Positions 1 through 9,905 of a stretch of DNA of 64,000 bases are shown in pieces. The position numbers and the translations under genes were made by a program. The stretch's first letter is position 1. Every line of letters begins with the position of its first letter. The stretch lies in IMG/VR virus record IMGVR_UViG_2831870349_000001. One strand, given 5' to 3'. Origin of the DNA: a virus (Duplodnaviria > Caudoviricetes). Below the pieces are notes generated by a model. That model worked only from the letters and a program-made list of their open reading frames with translations, searched no databases and was not told the origin of the DNA.

Positions 1-53
1 TCCCATGCCATAAATCAATTATATTCCTTCTGAAGGTAACCGTCACAGGTTAA

Positions 54-73
54 ATTATTGATCGATCAATATT
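54..73. promoter_or_regulatory. Dispersed palindrome copy 1 (ATTATTGATCGATCAATATT)
   Basis: 19/20 match to the perfect palindrome at 26520. Confidence 0.8.
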
Positions 74-349
74 TCAGCGCTTCTGCATCGCCTTATTCAT
101 GGCGTCGATATCTTTTTGATTGTTCCGTTCCATCGTTTGCTGATTGAGCGGCGCCCCTGGGCCTGAAATTGCCTGTTGCATCAGAAGCACAGCATCTTTG
201 AGTGTTGGACGGTGCATGTGCGGCCCGAGAATGGCCGACGCGATCAGGCCCGTCGCCCAGGTCGCAATCTTGCGCTTGGACCAGCGTTCGCCGCGCTTCA
301 GGAGCCGCGCGGCCCAGCGTTCAATAAAATCTGGATTGATCATATTCAT
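74..349 (-). CDS. Hypothetical membrane-anchored protein
   Basis: ATG overlaps the upstream TAA (TAATG); one hydrophobic segment. Confidence 0.6.
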   Translation of the reverse strand: MNMINPDFIERWAARLLKRGERWSKRKIATWATGLIASAILGPHMHRPTLKDAVLLMQQAISGPGAPLNQQTMERNNQKDIDAMNKAMQKR

Positions 350-1065
350 TACCTGGGTGAAACGTAGCCGCCTTCGAATAACAATGGGCCTCGGCAGTGA
401 GCGCATGTCATTTCGCGGCGATCCTCGTTAGCGATCAGGACGATCGAACCATTGCAGATCGGGCATAAACCGATATGCATATTTCGCCAGCGATATCTCT
501 CCCCAGCTAACTCCTTCTCGTCGAGAGAGCCAACCCGGCCGAGGAGCGGCTTCCCTATGCCCTCATAGATCGCCCACAAAAAGGCGCCGCAGAGCGGGAT
601 CCCGAGTATCGACCAGATGCCTCCAACGTAAACAAGGAAGGGTCCAATAAGTCCTGCCCACCAGAATATCCAGATTGGGACGATGGTGAAACCTCCGGAT
701 CTTTCCTTCGTCGCTTCCCGAATCGAACGTGTCGCCTGCTCGTCAATCTGCTGAGGTGTGGCCTGGTTGAACTTTACGGCTCCCGGACGCCACGCGCTAA
801 CAGTCTTCTCAAGGGGGTCTGCTGGCGAGACAAGAAGCGCGGTCGGTGCGTGAACGACAATGAGTGGAGAACCCGTGAGGGGCGCGTTACATTGCTTGCA
901 AATCTCAGTTCCGGCATCGTTCAGCAGTCCGCAGGTTGAGCAATGGTTATCCTGTGGGGTAACGGCTGGCGCAGCGGCCTTGGCCGCCGGCTTCCCATAT
1001 TTCTGACACCGCGCGCAGTCGAGATCGAACGCCGTCATGATATAGCCGCAGTCGGGACATTCCAT
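349..1065 (-). CDS. Zinc-ribbon membrane protein
   Basis: Several CxxC pairs (CPDC/CARC, CSTC/CKQC, CPIC/CAHC) and two TM segments. Confidence 0.75.
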   Translation of the reverse strand: MECPDCGYIMTAFDLDCARCQKYGKPAAKAAAPAVTPQDNHCSTCGLLNDAGTEICKQCNAPLTGSPLIVVHAPTALLVSPADPLEKTVSAWRPGAVKFNQATPQQIDEQATRSIREATKERSGGFTIVPIWIFWWAGLIGPFLVYVGGIWSILGIPLCGAFLWAIYEGIGKPLLGRVGSLDEKELAGERYRWRNMHIGLCPICNGSIVLIANEDRREMTCAHCRGPLLFEGGYVSPR

Positions 1066-1082
1066 ACGGTCGACCTCTGATA

Positions 1083-1481
1083 TTACCTCACTGCAAGCTT
1101 GCATAGGATGTGGCGAATTTGGGCCGCGTCAAGCCCTGGCTGAAGCGGAAGATGATCTCCCCATAATCCATGATCACATTCGTAATCCAGGCAGGCGCCC
1201 GCCCAGAGCAAATGGTGGGCGATCTCGTGCCGGATACCGTGAGCGATGGTGGTCGGCGCGTAGTGAAAGTTAATCACGATGCATCCACGATCAGTAGGAG
1301 TGTAAAAAGCAGCCCCATATCTAGGATTTCTGTCTGCGACCATTTCGATCCCAAGCCCACGCGCCACTCTGATGCCTGACATGACTTCGTCGGCGACATA
1401 GCCGTCATACAACATTTCGAGCTTCCGATGCAGGTTCTTCCCGATACAATCCAGGTCAATCCCGTATACATCCATGTGCAA
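1083..1481 (-). CDS. ImmA/IrrE-family metallopeptidase (anti-repressor)
   Basis: HEIAH zinc motif; directly downstream of the XRE repressor. Confidence 0.75.
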   Translation of the reverse strand: MHMDVYGIDLDCIGKNLHRKLEMLYDGYVADEVMSGIRVARGLGIEMVADRNPRYGAAFYTPTDRGCIVINFHYAPTTIAHGIRHEIAHHLLWAGACLDYECDHGLWGDHLPLQPGLDAAQIRHILCKLAVR

Positions 1482-1484
1482 CGC

Positions 1485-1937
1485 TTACTCACCCTCCGTA
1501 CCGTCCTCAAAGTCATCATCGAATTTTGAGCGGTGTCCGATTGCCGTATCTGAATCGCTTTCCAAGATTGCCCTGAGGACATTCTTCGCCAGCGGAATTT
1601 TGTCTTGGCGTCCACTAAGCTGTTCGAAGAGATGATCGAGTTCAGCGTCACGCTTTCGGGTAATTATTCGCTGTTCAACTTTAAAGCCAGCAGCATCTAA
1701 ACCGGAAGCTATAAGGGCCTGAACAAAATCTACATCTGAGCCGGGCGGGGCCAGCGCCCTAGCGAGTTTTTCGACAACTTTTTTTGAAGGCGCCCGAGCG
1801 CCTCGTTCCAGGGCAGATGCGTAGCCTTGGGTGATATTAGCCATATCGGCCAAATCATCTTGGGATAACTTTTCAGGGTATTGGCGACGCTGCTCGGCCA
1901 ACCATAGGCTGAACGTGCTTGCGTTTTCCTTGCTCAT
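1485..1937 (-). CDS. XRE-family HTH prophage repressor
   Basis: LSQDDLADMANITQGYASALERGARAPS HTH; divergent from the Cro-like gene. Confidence 0.9.
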   Translation of the reverse strand: MSKENASTFSLWLAEQRRQYPEKLSQDDLADMANITQGYASALERGARAPSKKVVEKLARALAPPGSDVDFVQALIASGLDAAGFKVEQRIITRKRDAELDHLFEQLSGRQDKIPLAKNVLRAILESDSDTAIGHRSKFDDDFEDGTEGE

Positions 1938-2002
1938 AAAGTCAATCTCAATTTCTAAACAGGCTATCATTTTGTCTCCTAATGGAGATAGACACAGTAT
2001 AA

Positions 2003-2076
2003 AACAATTTGTTGCAAAAATAAAGCGACAAATTGTTTTAAAACATATTGCTATCCCCAATACAATATGTTATAAT
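2003..2076 (+). promoter_or_regulatory. Lytic promoter with ACAAWTTGT-type operators
   Basis: TTGCTA(2048)-17bp-TATAAT(2071); AACAATTTGTT 2003, GACAAATTGTT 2027, weaker copies at 2042 and 2061. Confidence 0.75.
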
Positions 2077-2082
2077 CCCTCC

Positions 2083-2340
2083 ATGCCTAAGCAATTAGAA
2101 GTCTATTCGGAATTGCGAAAGCTCCGCGACGCCATGAATAACGGCAAGGGGTGCAGCGCACAAGAATTTGCCAACATGGTGGCCGCCATCCTTGGAGAGA
2201 AGGAGCGCAGCGGCGGATCCATCATCGCGATCGAGAACCGTGGCGTAAAAGATTATTACGTGATCCGTGCCCTCGCGTCGATCCATGGGATGACGAATGA
2301 GGAGATGGCAGAATTGGTGAACCCTGACAAAATTAAATAA
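2083..2340 (+). CDS. Cro-like HTH regulator
   Basis: Small XRE-like HTH (CSAQEFANMV...IIAIENRG) divergent from the repressor. Confidence 0.75.
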   Translation: MPKQLEVYSELRKLRDAMNNGKGCSAQEFANMVAAILGEKERSGGSIIAIENRGVKDYYVIRALASIHGMTNEEMAELVNPDKIK

Positions 2341-2387
2341 CAAATTGTTCTAAAAATCTTGCTATTTTTAGAACAATTTGTTATAAT
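2338..2387 (+). promoter_or_regulatory. Second early promoter within an operator inverted repeat
   Basis: TTGCTA(2359)-17bp-TATAAT(2382), flanked by AACAAATTGTT and AACAATTTGTT. Confidence 0.75.
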
Positions 2388-2421
2388 ATCCTCAGTCCAC
2401 TCTACTGAGGAGCAAAAAAAG

Positions 2422-2802
2422 ATGTCCGCCGCCGCATATTTCCGCAATCTGGTCGAGGTGAATAACGAAGTTGCCGCCTTTGAGCGCCGAACCCGGGAGA
2501 TCGAAGCCTCGCACCGCGCGCAGCTCCTCAGCGAGCAGGTGGCGGCAATCCAGAGCGACTACGAAATCACGGTCTCGGACGATCACATGCTGCTGACGCA
2601 CATGATGGAGCAGGACGACTTCGCGAAGGTCTTCCGGGTTCCCGGCACAACCGACGTGGACCGCGACCGAACCCAGGTCGGTCACCGCACCCCGTTCCTG
2701 GCGCGCGCCTTCGAAGTCGTGATCGAGCAGCGGATCGAGGCGAATCGCCGGGAGCGCCTGGCGGCTCAGAAAATGAACGCCAGCCGAAAGGCGGCGGCGT
2801 AA
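2422..2802 (+). CDS. Hypothetical phage protein
   Basis: GAGGAG RBS; operonic. Confidence 0.7.
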   Translation: MSAAAYFRNLVEVNNEVAAFERRTREIEASHRAQLLSEQVAAIQSDYEITVSDDHMLLTHMMEQDDFAKVFRVPGTTDVDRDRTQVGHRTPFLARAFEVVIEQRIEANRRERLAAQKMNASRKAAA

Positions 2803-3116
2803 TGGGAACGGCTGCTCAGGCGCTTGGCGTGATGGTCCCGGCGGGCGTCACGGAGTTTGACGCGGACCTCGATCTGCTCGCGATCCTCATCTTCCATGGG
2901 GCGTTGACGCAAGACGAGGCGATGGAGGAGCGGGAGGCGCTGTCGCTTCGCATGAACGCCTACTTCGCCGATCAGATGAACGCCTACTTCGCCGATCAGA
3001 TGAACGCCGACGGCGGCGAGTGCGATCTGGTTCTTCGGTTCTCGTCGGGACATTGCGGTACGGACGAGGAAGCCGCTGCTGAACCATTCTTTTGTGAACT
3101 GCCGCTCGCGGCTTAA
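2802..3116 (+). CDS. Hypothetical protein with internal 24-bp duplication
   Basis: TAATG coupling; MNAYFADQ repeated. Confidence 0.65.
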   Translation: MGTAAQALGVMVPAGVTEFDADLDLLAILIFHGALTQDEAMEEREALSLRMNAYFADQMNAYFADQMNADGGECDLVLRFSSGHCGTDEEAAAEPFFCELPLAA

Positions 3117-3167
3117 TTGATTTTGTAATTATCTTCTGATTGATTTTGAGAGTGTGGGGAGACGTCA

Positions 3168-3389
3168 ATGAAGCAGCCTTTGCGGGTTACATTGTCAACG
3201 GCGGACGGGCGGGTGATCATGGAGAGTTCCGCTCCGGGCGAGCGAATCATCCACGATCGCCTGGAATACCAGATCGCGCTCGCCAGGGAGCTTTTCGCGG
3301 CGCGCGGGATCCGCTTCACTGCGGAAGACCGCGCCATCATGACACGAAATCACGAGCAGAGGATGCAGGCGGCGGCGAAGGCCGCATAG
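3168..3389 (+). CDS. Hypothetical protein
   Basis: GGAG RBS; operonic. Confidence 0.55.
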   Translation: MKQPLRVTLSTADGRVIMESSAPGERIIHDRLEYQIALARELFAARGIRFTAEDRAIMTRNHEQRMQAAAKAA

Positions 3390-3446
3390 CGCGAGTGGAG
3401 ACGAAGGGCGAATTGCACATTTGAGTTCGCAGTTTGGGAGGGTTTG

Positions 3447-3680
3447 ATGGCAAAGCAAGCGACGACCGGGCAGTCTCTGACCCGTCAGGAGCGGAACATG
3501 CTTCGGATGGCGGCGACAGGCCTGATCAACAGAGAAATCGCCAGCCGCGAGGGCGTCTCCAAGCGAACGGTGGACTTTCACCTCTACAACACTTACGAGA
3601 AGCTGGGCGTTTCGAACCGGATCCAGGCGATCAATATTGCGCGCAGCCGTGGGCTGCTGGAGATCTCAGCAGCGGCGTAG
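3447..3680 (+). CDS. LuxR-type HTH regulator (stand-alone)
   Basis: LTRQE...GLINREIA...SKRTVDFHL..YEKLGVSNR GerE/LuxR signature. Confidence 0.92.
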   Translation: MAKQATTGQSLTRQERNMLRMAATGLINREIASREGVSKRTVDFHLYNTYEKLGVSNRIQAINIARSRGLLEISAAA

Positions 3681-3728
3681 GGTTGGTTTTAGGATTGGTT
3701 AGAGGATTAGTTAGAGGATTAGTTACGG
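3681..3728. repeat. Four imperfect 12-bp tandem repeats (GATTRGTTAGAG)
   Basis: Read directly; intergenic, upstream of the annealase. Confidence 0.8.
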
Positions 3729-3798
3729 GCCCGACAAAACAAAACGACCCGGTCAAGCGCTGTGGCAACAGCTCCCGGGTCGTAAGGATCATACGAAA

Positions 3799-4629
3799 AT
3801 GACTATACCCCAAAATTCCAATTGCAATACAAATACTGTCCAAAAACCGGTATTTGACCCCAATAAGCACCTGATCGCGGTTCAGGGCGGCCGGAAATAT
3901 CTTCCCGTGTCCGCCCGCGTCCAGTGGTTCCGATCCGAGCATCCGGACTGGACAATCGAGACCAACCCGCTCACCATCGACAACGACAAGCAGTTCGCCA
4001 TCTTCCAGGCGAAGATCTTCAACGCCGACGGCCGCCTGATGGCGATGGGCACGAAGAAGGAAGACATCAAGGGCTTCGGCGACTATATCGAGAAGGCCGA
4101 GACCGGAAGCGTCGGCCGCGCACTGGCGCTTTGCGGCTACGGTACGCAGTTCGCACCCGAGCTTGACGAAGTCGCCGGCGGCCGCTTCGCTGACACTCCA
4201 CAAGGGAGCCGGCATGGCGACGCTGCCCAGGCGGGACGCTACGGCGACTCGTCGCGCGGCGGACAGGGCCGTGGACAGCGCTCAGGTCATCCCGCCGCAC
4301 GCCCCGCTTCGGAGTTTACGCGACAGGATGAGCAGCCAGAGAGCAGCGAGACCACCGAGGCTCCTGCCGTGAGCACGTCCTGCGCCTCCTGCGACCGAAC
4401 GCTCAGCAAATCCCAGGCGGACTTCTCCAAACACAATTACGGCGACGCGCTTTGCCCGGCCTGCCAGCGCGAACGCGGCGCGGCCGAGTCGCCCTCGCCG
4501 GCCGCCACGTTTGCGACGCGCCCCGCGCAATCCTCGACACGTCCCGCGCAATCCTCGACGCGACCACAGGACCGCGAGTTTGAGAGCCAGCGCCGCGAGC
4601 GCCTGGAGCGGGAAGGGGGCCGCGCGTGA
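3799..4629 (+). CDS. Sak/Rad52-like single-strand annealing recombinase with C-terminal zinc finger
   Basis: YLPVSARVQWFR...EKAETGSVGRALALCGYG motif; CxxC...CxxC tail. Confidence 0.7.
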   Translation: MTIPQNSNCNTNTVQKPVFDPNKHLIAVQGGRKYLPVSARVQWFRSEHPDWTIETNPLTIDNDKQFAIFQAKIFNADGRLMAMGTKKEDIKGFGDYIEKAETGSVGRALALCGYGTQFAPELDEVAGGRFADTPQGSRHGDAAQAGRYGDSSRGGQGRGQRSGHPAARPASEFTRQDEQPESSETTEAPAVSTSCASCDRTLSKSQADFSKHNYGDALCPACQRERGAAESPSPAATFATRPAQSSTRPAQSSTRPQDREFESQRRERLEREGGRA

Positions 4630-4994
4630 ACGCCACTTCCAAAATTCTCAACGTCATGATGGCGATCGGCAAGGCGACGGCGGGCATGGTCATCGCGGAA
4701 ACATCGCTCTGCCTCGGTCGCGGCTCCATGGACGAGTGCCTGACCGCCTACGAGAAGGTTCTCGCGCTCAAACTGATGCTCCACCATCTGCACCTGGAAA
4801 AGCATCGCGAAGAGAAGAGCGGCGCCGCCCCGACCGCGCACGAAGTCGTCCACTCTGCCCAAAACGAGCAACAAAGAAATGATGAGCAGCGGATCAACGA
4901 CGAAGCGTTCGCGGCGCTCATGTGGCCAGATCTCGCCGCCGGCGTGGATACGGTTTACGTGCTGCCAAAGCGCCTGCTTCATTCCCAGAATTAA
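4626..4994 (+). CDS. Hypothetical protein
   Basis: GTGA overlap with the upstream gene. Confidence 0.55.
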   Translation: MNATSKILNVMMAIGKATAGMVIAETSLCLGRGSMDECLTAYEKVLALKLMLHHLHLEKHREEKSGAAPTAHEVVHSAQNEQQRNDEQRINDEAFAALMWPDLAAGVDTVYVLPKRLLHSQN

Positions 4995-5018
4995 CGCACC
5001 GGCCGAGCGGCCGAGAAA

Positions 5019-5540
5019 ATGGAGATCGCGATGGAGTTCCTGGATCCCTCACTCGAAAAATCGGATTTATCGGAGACCGATTTTTCAAAATCGAATGCGC
5101 CAAAGACCGAGTCGCCGCATCTGGTCATGGTTCGCTCAATTCAGAGCTCGCCGGATGTTTTCGCGCATATCGCGTTCAGCGACCGCGTGATGTACTGTCT
5201 GGCGGGATGCTCGCTCGCGCTTTCGGCCGCTTGTGGCCTCGCCGGCGGCGCACTCTTCTACTGGCTCGCGGCGGGGTTCCTGATCCAGGCGCTGATCTTC
5301 GCCGTGGCGCCGTGGGAGAACCGGTCGCACAAAGCGCGCCTCGCCGCCTGGCGCGAGGAGCAGTCGGCGCTGACGCTGATGGTTGAGATCGCGGAGCCGG
5401 TCTCCGAAGAGGATGCGCAGAAAGTTGCGGGCCCCGTCTTCGTCGAACTTCCGACCTCCTGCCGCCGTCCCGAAGTCTCCGCGATCCGCTCGTTCAAATG
5501 CGGCACCCGTCCGGCTGGCAAGAACGGAGACTGGCGATAA
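5019..5540 (+). CDS. Hypothetical membrane protein
   Basis: Two TM segments; operonic. Confidence 0.6.
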   Translation: MEIAMEFLDPSLEKSDLSETDFSKSNAPKTESPHLVMVRSIQSSPDVFAHIAFSDRVMYCLAGCSLALSAACGLAGGALFYWLAAGFLIQALIFAVAPWENRSHKARLAAWREEQSALTLMVEIAEPVSEEDAQKVAGPVFVELPTSCRRPEVSAIRSFKCGTRPAGKNGDWR

Positions 5541-5542
5541 CC

Positions 5543-8026
5543 ATGCTTGCTGAAATCGATACTAAAATTCAGACAGTCGGTCAACTCGCGCCAAGAGAGG
5601 CCGGCGAAGGCGAGGATCTGAAGATCTCCGACAAACTGCGCGTTCTGGCGAACGGGATGCAGGCGGCCATCGATGTCAAGCTTGCCCCTCGCCTTGCCAA
5701 CACACCCAAGCGTATCCGTGAGGCGGAGGATGCCGAGCGCGACGCGAAGCGGATGCAGCGCGTCCAGGCATCACTGCAATATCTGGCGGATGCCCACGAC
5801 GCTGGCACGGTTCCTCTGGTCGTCTCCCGAATCAAGACGAAGTCGGTCATCGAAAACATTCTCTTCAATACGAAGTTCCCGGACTGGATCGGATCCAGCA
5901 GCGAGCAGGGGCGACTACTCGCTGCTGGCATCGCGACCGCAGCGGATTTTGATGAAGCGAAGAAGATTCTGGAGGCCGCCGCCGAGGACGCCGGCGGGGA
6001 ATCGAAAGAAGCACTGAAGTTGCGCAAGCTGATGCGCGGGCTGGTCGGCGTCAACATCCCCGGCTACTTCCCGACGCCGGACGGATTGGTGACGCGCCTT
6101 TTGGAGCTTGCCGAGATCGAAGCGGGAATGAGGACGTGCGAGCCCCAGGCAGGCAGCGGCCATATCGCCGACCGGATCCGCGCCGAACATCCCGACGTCC
6201 CGCTCACGGTGATTGAGATCAACCTTCAGCTTCGCGAGATCTTATCGGCCAAAGGTTATCCGATTGCGGGGTCCGATTTCCTCGAATGGCGCTCGGAAGA
6301 GCTCTTCGATCGATTTGTCTGCAATCCACCGTTCGAGCGCGGCGTCGATATCGATCATGTCCGTCACGCGTATGAGTTGCTGGCGCCGGGCGGGCGCCTT
6401 GTATCCGTGATGTCCGACGGCGCGTTCTTTCGGTCCGATAAGAAGGCATCGCTCTTCCAGCAGTGGTTCCGGGTCAATGACGGCGAGGCGTTCGAAGTTC
6501 CCCACGGCTCCTTCCTGGAGAGCGATAAGAAGACGGCCGTCAGCACGAAGATCATCGTTCTGAATAAGCCGGCGGCTCCTGTCTTGACACTGGTCACATC
6601 CGTGGGAGAAGCGCGCATCGAAAATAATTCGTCAGGCTCTGAGAATTATTCATCGATCAATAATGCTGTCGGCCCTGACACGCAAGATATTCCGCTTGAG
6701 AATCTCCTTCCCAATCCTTTTCAGCCGCGTGACATATTCGCTCAAAAACCGCTGGAGGACCTGGCGCGCAGCCTGACCATAAACAAGCAACTCCAGCCGA
6801 TTGTCGTCCGCCATGCCGCAAAAGACGCCGGCAAGTTCGAGATCGCCTGCGGCGAGCGGCGCTTCCGCGCGGCGAAGATCGCGGGACTTGCTTCATTGCG
6901 CGCTGAAGTCGCTGTCTACGATGATTTGCAGATGGCGCGTATCGCGACGGCCGAAAACGATGAGCGTGAGCCTCTCAATCCCCTGGAGCGCGCTCGTGGA
7001 TATGCGAACCGCGTGAAACTCGGTCAGACACAGGCGGAAATTGAGGCGGAGACTGGCGTCGATCAATCTTCCATCAGTCAAACGCTGAACTTACTCACGC
7101 TTCCTGAAAGTGTCCAGGATCATCTTCGCCACGGGCGCATCTCCGCCACGCACGGTTTCAAATTGCTGAAGCTGCGTAAGCTACAGGGGACCGAAGCGTC
7201 GATGATCAAGTTCGCTGGAGACGCTTTCGCCGCGTCCTGGTCCGTCAGCAAATTGGATCAGGTAATTACCGATCATATCGCCGACCTTCAGCGCTCGGCC
7301 GCGTCTCCCTACTTCAATGTGGTGGCGCCAACAATTTCGGCCACCGTCTTCTCTGAGCCGGGACCGATCCCCGCCGCCGAAGTCGAAGCGCCTCCGGCGC
7401 CGGCAATGTCAGAACGATCCCCAAATAGCAACGAGGAGGAAATTGATGGCAGTCATGAGATGGTCGCACAGGACGTATTTTCGTCCGGAGATCCCGTGCC
7501 GGTGGTGGCCGCTGCTGGAGCGACTGAGCATGCAGCGCACGAAGACGCGCCAGCTTCATCATCTGCGGACGACGCGCCTTGCGAAGTACGATCATCTGCA
7601 CCACATGACACAGTGGACGCACAGGCAGCCTCAGTACCGGAGGCCGCTACACCGACCGGGCCGGTCGAGGTGCTGATCGGAGAGGATATCCCCTCGATTT
7701 GCCACCATTGTCCGCTCAGCGCGGCGACGATGGTGAACATTCGTGACGGCGTTCGAGCATCGATGCAGGGGGCGCAGGCTGCCGATCAGACCGATGACCG
7801 CACCGTGACACTCTCAAAGGACAGCACGGACGCGCTCTGGGAAATGGGTCTGACGGCGGATCAGGCAATTGCGGAGCTGCTCGAATACCGCCTTGTCCCA
7901 AAGGCCAAGAATGCGCTTCGCATGCTTACGGACGCCTATAACGAAAACCATGCTGAAAATATCAATCTGTCCGAGCGCCTGAGCTCCATCGTGCTGACAC
8001 GCGCCACACAGTCGGAGGGCTTCTAA
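5543..8026 (+). CDS. N6-adenine methyltransferase fused to ParB/Spo0J domain
   Basis: YFPTP, EPQAGSG (SAM binding) and NPPF (catalytic) motifs, then NPFQPR, LQPIVVR, GERRFRAA, ENDERE-LNPLE and an HTH. Confidence 0.9.
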   Translation: MLAEIDTKIQTVGQLAPREAGEGEDLKISDKLRVLANGMQAAIDVKLAPRLANTPKRIREAEDAERDAKRMQRVQASLQYLADAHDAGTVPLVVSRIKTKSVIENILFNTKFPDWIGSSSEQGRLLAAGIATAADFDEAKKILEAAAEDAGGESKEALKLRKLMRGLVGVNIPGYFPTPDGLVTRLLELAEIEAGMRTCEPQAGSGHIADRIRAEHPDVPLTVIEINLQLREILSAKGYPIAGSDFLEWRSEELFDRFVCNPPFERGVDIDHVRHAYELLAPGGRLVSVMSDGAFFRSDKKASLFQQWFRVNDGEAFEVPHGSFLESDKKTAVSTKIIVLNKPAAPVLTLVTSVGEARIENNSSGSENYSSINNAVGPDTQDIPLENLLPNPFQPRDIFAQKPLEDLARSLTINKQLQPIVVRHAAKDAGKFEIACGERRFRAAKIAGLASLRAEVAVYDDLQMARIATAENDEREPLNPLERARGYANRVKLGQTQAEIEAETGVDQSSISQTLNLLTLPESVQDHLRHGRISATHGFKLLKLRKLQGTEASMIKFAGDAFAASWSVSKLDQVITDHIADLQRSAASPYFNVVAPTISATVFSEPGPIPAAEVEAPPAPAMSERSPNSNEEEIDGSHEMVAQDVFSSGDPVPVVAAAGATEHAAHEDAPASSSADDAPCEVRSSAPHDTVDAQAASVPEAATPTGPVEVLIGEDIPSICHHCPLSAATMVNIRDGVRASMQGAQAADQTDDRTVTLSKDSTDALWEMGLTADQAIAELLEYRLVPKAKNALRMLTDAYNENHAENINLSERLSSIVLTRATQSEGF
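6645..6664. promoter_or_regulatory. Dispersed palindrome copy 2 (ATTATTCATCGATCAATAAT), in the MTase-ParB linker
   Basis: 19/20 match; encodes NYSSINN. Confidence 0.8.
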
Positions 8027-8030
8027 ATCC

Positions 8031-9905
8031 ATGACTCCTAAGAAGCCATTTGTTTGCGTGGATCTCTTTTGCGGGGCCGGCGGGATCAGTCAAGGTCTGC
8101 GCAATGCCGCCAAGAAGGTTGGCTATACGGCGGCGCTTCTCGCGATCAACCACTGGCCAGTCGCGATCGATTCGCATACGCTCAATCATCCAGAGGCCAC
8201 ACATATTTGCGCTCCGGTGGACGGCGCCAATCCTCGCGAGCTTGTCCCAGGCGGGATTGTCCATCTTCTTTGCGCGGCGCCGGAATGCACCCATCACTCC
8301 AATGCGCGCGGGGGTAAGCCCAAGAGCGAACAAAAGCGATCAAGCGCCTGGGACATCCTTCGATGGGCAGACGCGCTGTATGTTCACCACATCTTGATTG
8401 AGAACGTGCCGGAATTCCAGAAATGGGGGCCGCTTCATCCCTGCACTTGTGGGGTGGAGGAAGGCGCTGAGCACCTGAAATCCTGCTTGATCGGGAAGCC
8501 GATCAAAGAAGAGGAAGGCCGCTTCTTCCGAAACTTTATCCGCAACTTGGAGGAGCTTGGCTATACCGTCGAATTCAAGGTGCTTACCTGCTGCGAATAT
8601 GGCGATCCAACCAGCCGCAAACGCCTGTTCATCCAGGCCCGGCTCGGCGGTATCGCGCCTGCCTGGCCGGAAATTACGCACGTTCCCGCCGCTGAAGTCG
8701 CGTCGCGTCCAGGGAAGAAGGCTCAGCTTGTCGCCCGTGACATCATCGACTGGAAACTGAAGGGCACATCGATCTACGATCGGCCGGCTCAGGGCAAAAA
8801 AAACCTCGTTGCCGCGACGATGAAGCGCATCCACGCCGGTGTTTACAAATTCGCGGGATTGCCATTCCTTGTTCCGAATTTCGGGGAGCGAGAAGGGCAG
8901 CAGCCGCGTACGCACTCGATTTATTCGCCATTGTCCGCCGTCACCAGCCACGGCGCCGGAGCGATCTGCCAGCCGTTTCTCGTCGTGCTCCAGAACCATC
9001 GTGATGGTTACAGCCTGGAGAAACCGTTCCCAACGATCATGACGCGCCGGCAGTTCGGTGTCGCCGAGCCCTACATCGCGCCGATCACGCACACGGGATC
9101 CGGGAATCGATGCCGGGGCGTGGATAAGCCGCTCTTCACCGTTACTGGAGCCAAACGTGGGGAACTGGCGTTACTGGAGCCCTATATGGTGGTCAATCGC
9201 AAGAATGCGGACGCACATCCGATGGATGTTCCCATGCGCGCGCTGACGACCGGTAACATCATGGGAGTTGCGGAGCCTCAGATCGTAACCGACTCGGTTA
9301 ACGCCTTCCTCGTGAAATATTACGAAGGAAGTGACGCCGCCTCGCTCGACGCCCCGCTGCCAGCGGTCACCTCGAATTATGAACATCTGGCGCTGATCGA
9401 AACTGTTCCTGAATGGAACGAGACGATGCCGGCGTTCATGACGAAATATCATGGCTCGCACCAGGGGCGAAACGACGGTGATGGGCGCGTACTTTCGGTT
9501 GGCTCGCCGCTCCCTGCTCTCGACACTTCGAATTGCCTGGGTATCGCTGAGCCTAATCTTGTAATCCGACAACATACGCCATTCCTGATCAATTATAACG
9601 GGACCGGCGGCGCGCATTCGGTGGACGAGCCGCTGCTCTCCGCGACGGGGAACGACCGGTTCGCCCTGGTGGCGCCCGAATATCATCACTTGATCGACAA
9701 AGGCGACGTCGTCGGCTACCTCGACATTCTTTACCGGATGCTCCAGCCGCACGAGCTCGCTGGCGGCCAGGGATTTCCGAAGTCGTATATTTTCACCGGG
9801 ACGCGCGAGGCGCAAATCAAGCAGATTGGCAATGCGGTTCCTGTTGCGACCGCAGAGGCGCTTTGCACAACGATCTTCAAGACGTTGATGGCGGTGGCTG
9901 TATGA
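8031..9905 (+). CDS. C5 cytosine DNA methyltransferase with long repetitive variable region
   Basis: DLFCGAGG, PECTHHS, ENVPEF, RKRLF, QGFP and QIGNAVP motifs. Confidence 0.93.
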   Translation: MTPKKPFVCVDLFCGAGGISQGLRNAAKKVGYTAALLAINHWPVAIDSHTLNHPEATHICAPVDGANPRELVPGGIVHLLCAAPECTHHSNARGGKPKSEQKRSSAWDILRWADALYVHHILIENVPEFQKWGPLHPCTCGVEEGAEHLKSCLIGKPIKEEEGRFFRNFIRNLEELGYTVEFKVLTCCEYGDPTSRKRLFIQARLGGIAPAWPEITHVPAAEVASRPGKKAQLVARDIIDWKLKGTSIYDRPAQGKKNLVAATMKRIHAGVYKFAGLPFLVPNFGEREGQQPRTHSIYSPLSAVTSHGAGAICQPFLVVLQNHRDGYSLEKPFPTIMTRRQFGVAEPYIAPITHTGSGNRCRGVDKPLFTVTGAKRGELALLEPYMVVNRKNADAHPMDVPMRALTTGNIMGVAEPQIVTDSVNAFLVKYYEGSDAASLDAPLPAVTSNYEHLALIETVPEWNETMPAFMTKYHGSHQGRNDGDGRVLSVGSPLPALDTSNCLGIAEPNLVIRQHTPFLINYNGTGGAHSVDEPLLSATGNDRFALVAPEYHHLIDKGDVVGYLDILYRMLQPHELAGGQGFPKSYIFTGTREAQIKQIGNAVPVATAEALCTTIFKTLMAVAV

